From the NCBI GenBank assembly GCA_963787835.1, contig CAWBEI010000003.1:384001-448000 (forward strand): DNA of 64,000 nt, in the 5' to 3' direction. Below the pieces are notes generated by a model. That model was not told the DNA's origin. It made no database searches and saw nothing but the letters and a program-made list of their open reading frames with translations. Of this stretch, positions 62,944 to 64,000 are shown in pieces; within the stretch, counting starts at the first letter, position 1, and every line of letters starts with the position of its first letter. The translations under genes and the position numbers were made by a program. Origin of the DNA: Ignavibacteriota bacterium (GTDB taxonomy: Bacteria; Bacteroidota; Ignavibacteria; Palsa-1295).

Positions 62944-63474
62944 CTATTTCGTTGTGAACGAGATAAAACTGATGAGCGCGGTAATAATGACCATGATATT
63001 CGTGATAACGCCAATGGCCTGAAAGAAGACATCCAACGCACGCCCGCTTACCATAATGGTATCGCCGGGTTCGAGCAAGGGGTTTTGGGAAAGATCGCCG
63101 TTATCGCGATAGGCTTCAAGATTGTAGGTTTCAACACGCTTTTCGGAGGCGGTATCAGCATGGATGATCCGAATATCGACCAAACGAGCCGATGCCGTTG
63201 GGCCGCCCGCAAAGCTAAGCAGTTCCACCAATGACGTCGATCCCGGAACACGGTAATGCCCCGGCGCACCGACATATCCCCATAAATTAACATCGATCTG
63301 AACCTCACCCCCGCGCATGACGCTATAGATCGCCATATTAGGCGTAGTGGGATTGAGCGGCTGGCTGGCTCCCGGCCCAGTCTGGCCTGGGATAGCCGGC
63401 GGGCCTTGTGCAACTGCGGCGCCTTCCGCAGAAAGTACCAAAAATAAGGCGATGATTATGTTGGAAAATCTCAT
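62944..63474 (-). CDS. SLBB-domain (Wza-like) protein
   Basis: VNLWGYV.APG.Y, LSFAGG, NPLLEPGDTI; C-terminal helix. Confidence 0.8.
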   Translation of the reverse strand: MRFSNIIIALFLVLSAEGAAVAQGPPAIPGQTGPGASQPLNPTTPNMAIYSVMRGGEVQIDVNLWGYVGAPGHYRVPGSTSLVELLSFAGGPTASARLVDIRIIHADTASEKRVETYNLEAYRDNGDLSQNPLLEPGDTIMVSGRALDVFFQAIGVITNIMVIITALISFISFTTK

Positions 63475-63520
63475 GAATACAAAAATACGGTTGCGGAGCC
63501 GCCGGCGCACGTCACCGGCA

Positions 63521-64000
63521 TCACGGTTCTACAGTAAACCCCAACCAGGTCGAAGTGGAGCCGCCAAACGGTTCGATCCATTTTACACGCCACTGATACG
63601 GTACTCCAGACACAAGCGGCGTCGCGCTCATGGGATATTGGATGGTTTCTGTGTTTTCGAAATCCTGGTCGCTGCCGGACCACACATATTGTAAATTATC
63701 AAGTCGCTGAACAATGATCTGGTAACTTCCACCATCGTTCGGATCTTGCCACAATAGTTGGAGTGGGAACCCGTGCAGGGTATCGGTCCCATTCGGACTG
63801 AGAACCAGTATGCGCTGCGCATATGTAAAAGATGTCGAAATTCCAACATGCGTCGGATGACTATACGTAACAGCGTTGGTTGGGGAACGATAAAATGCCT
63901 GAAGCTGGTAATAATACGTCGCGCCGGGCGTAATCCCCAACGTGTCAGAATAGGAAGTATCCAATGGTGAAATGAGCTGATTGCTGCTTTCTATATCTGC
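63521..64000 (-). CDS. partial FN3/Ig-like protein (5' end outside window)
   Basis: Frame open to the window edge; YSDT...PGATYYYQL, YQWRVK. Confidence 0.65.
   Translation of the reverse strand, partial: ADIESSNQLISPLDTSYSDTLGITPGATYYYQLQAFYRSPTNAVTYSHPTHVGISTSFTYAQRILVLSPNGTDTLHGFPLQLLWQDPNDGGSYQIIVQRLDNLQYVWSGSDQDFENTETIQYPMSATPLVSGVPYQWRVKWIEPFGGSTSTWLGFTVEP

Overview
Chromosomal window of a Bacteroidota/Chlorobi-group bacterium. A Kapabacteria-like lineage is inferred from many T9SS C-terminal-domain proteins, TAnnTTTG promoters and the parA-parB-DUF5683 synteny. Housekeeping genes: three tatA/B, nadD, parAB, ridA, gcvP, tRNA-Pro(CGG), rpsA, metK, dcd, purF, fabI, era. These are interspersed with a TetR-EmrAB-TolC efflux operon, about eight T9SS cargo genes (two arylsulfotransferases, a subtilase, a ~1500-aa beta-rich protein), two OmpA proteins, a CADD-type pABA synthase, several small toxin-antitoxin cassettes and several short-repeat families. 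The most notable unexplained signals are: (1) a Cys-rich leader gene with an RPP arrest-like tail, followed by an attenuator-like hairpin and a secreted 10-Cys metallothionein-like peptide (43250-43876); (2) a ~360-nt highly base-paired non-coding region with its own promoter and terminator between gcvP and tRNA-Pro; (3) a recurrent ECF-type AAC-N16/17-YGTW promoter upstream of eight genes; (4) a TA cassette bracketed by two orphan T9SS-CTD tail repeats. Four apparent frameshifts all fall in secreted-protein genes and may be assembly errors. All family assignments are from motif recognition by eye, not database searches.
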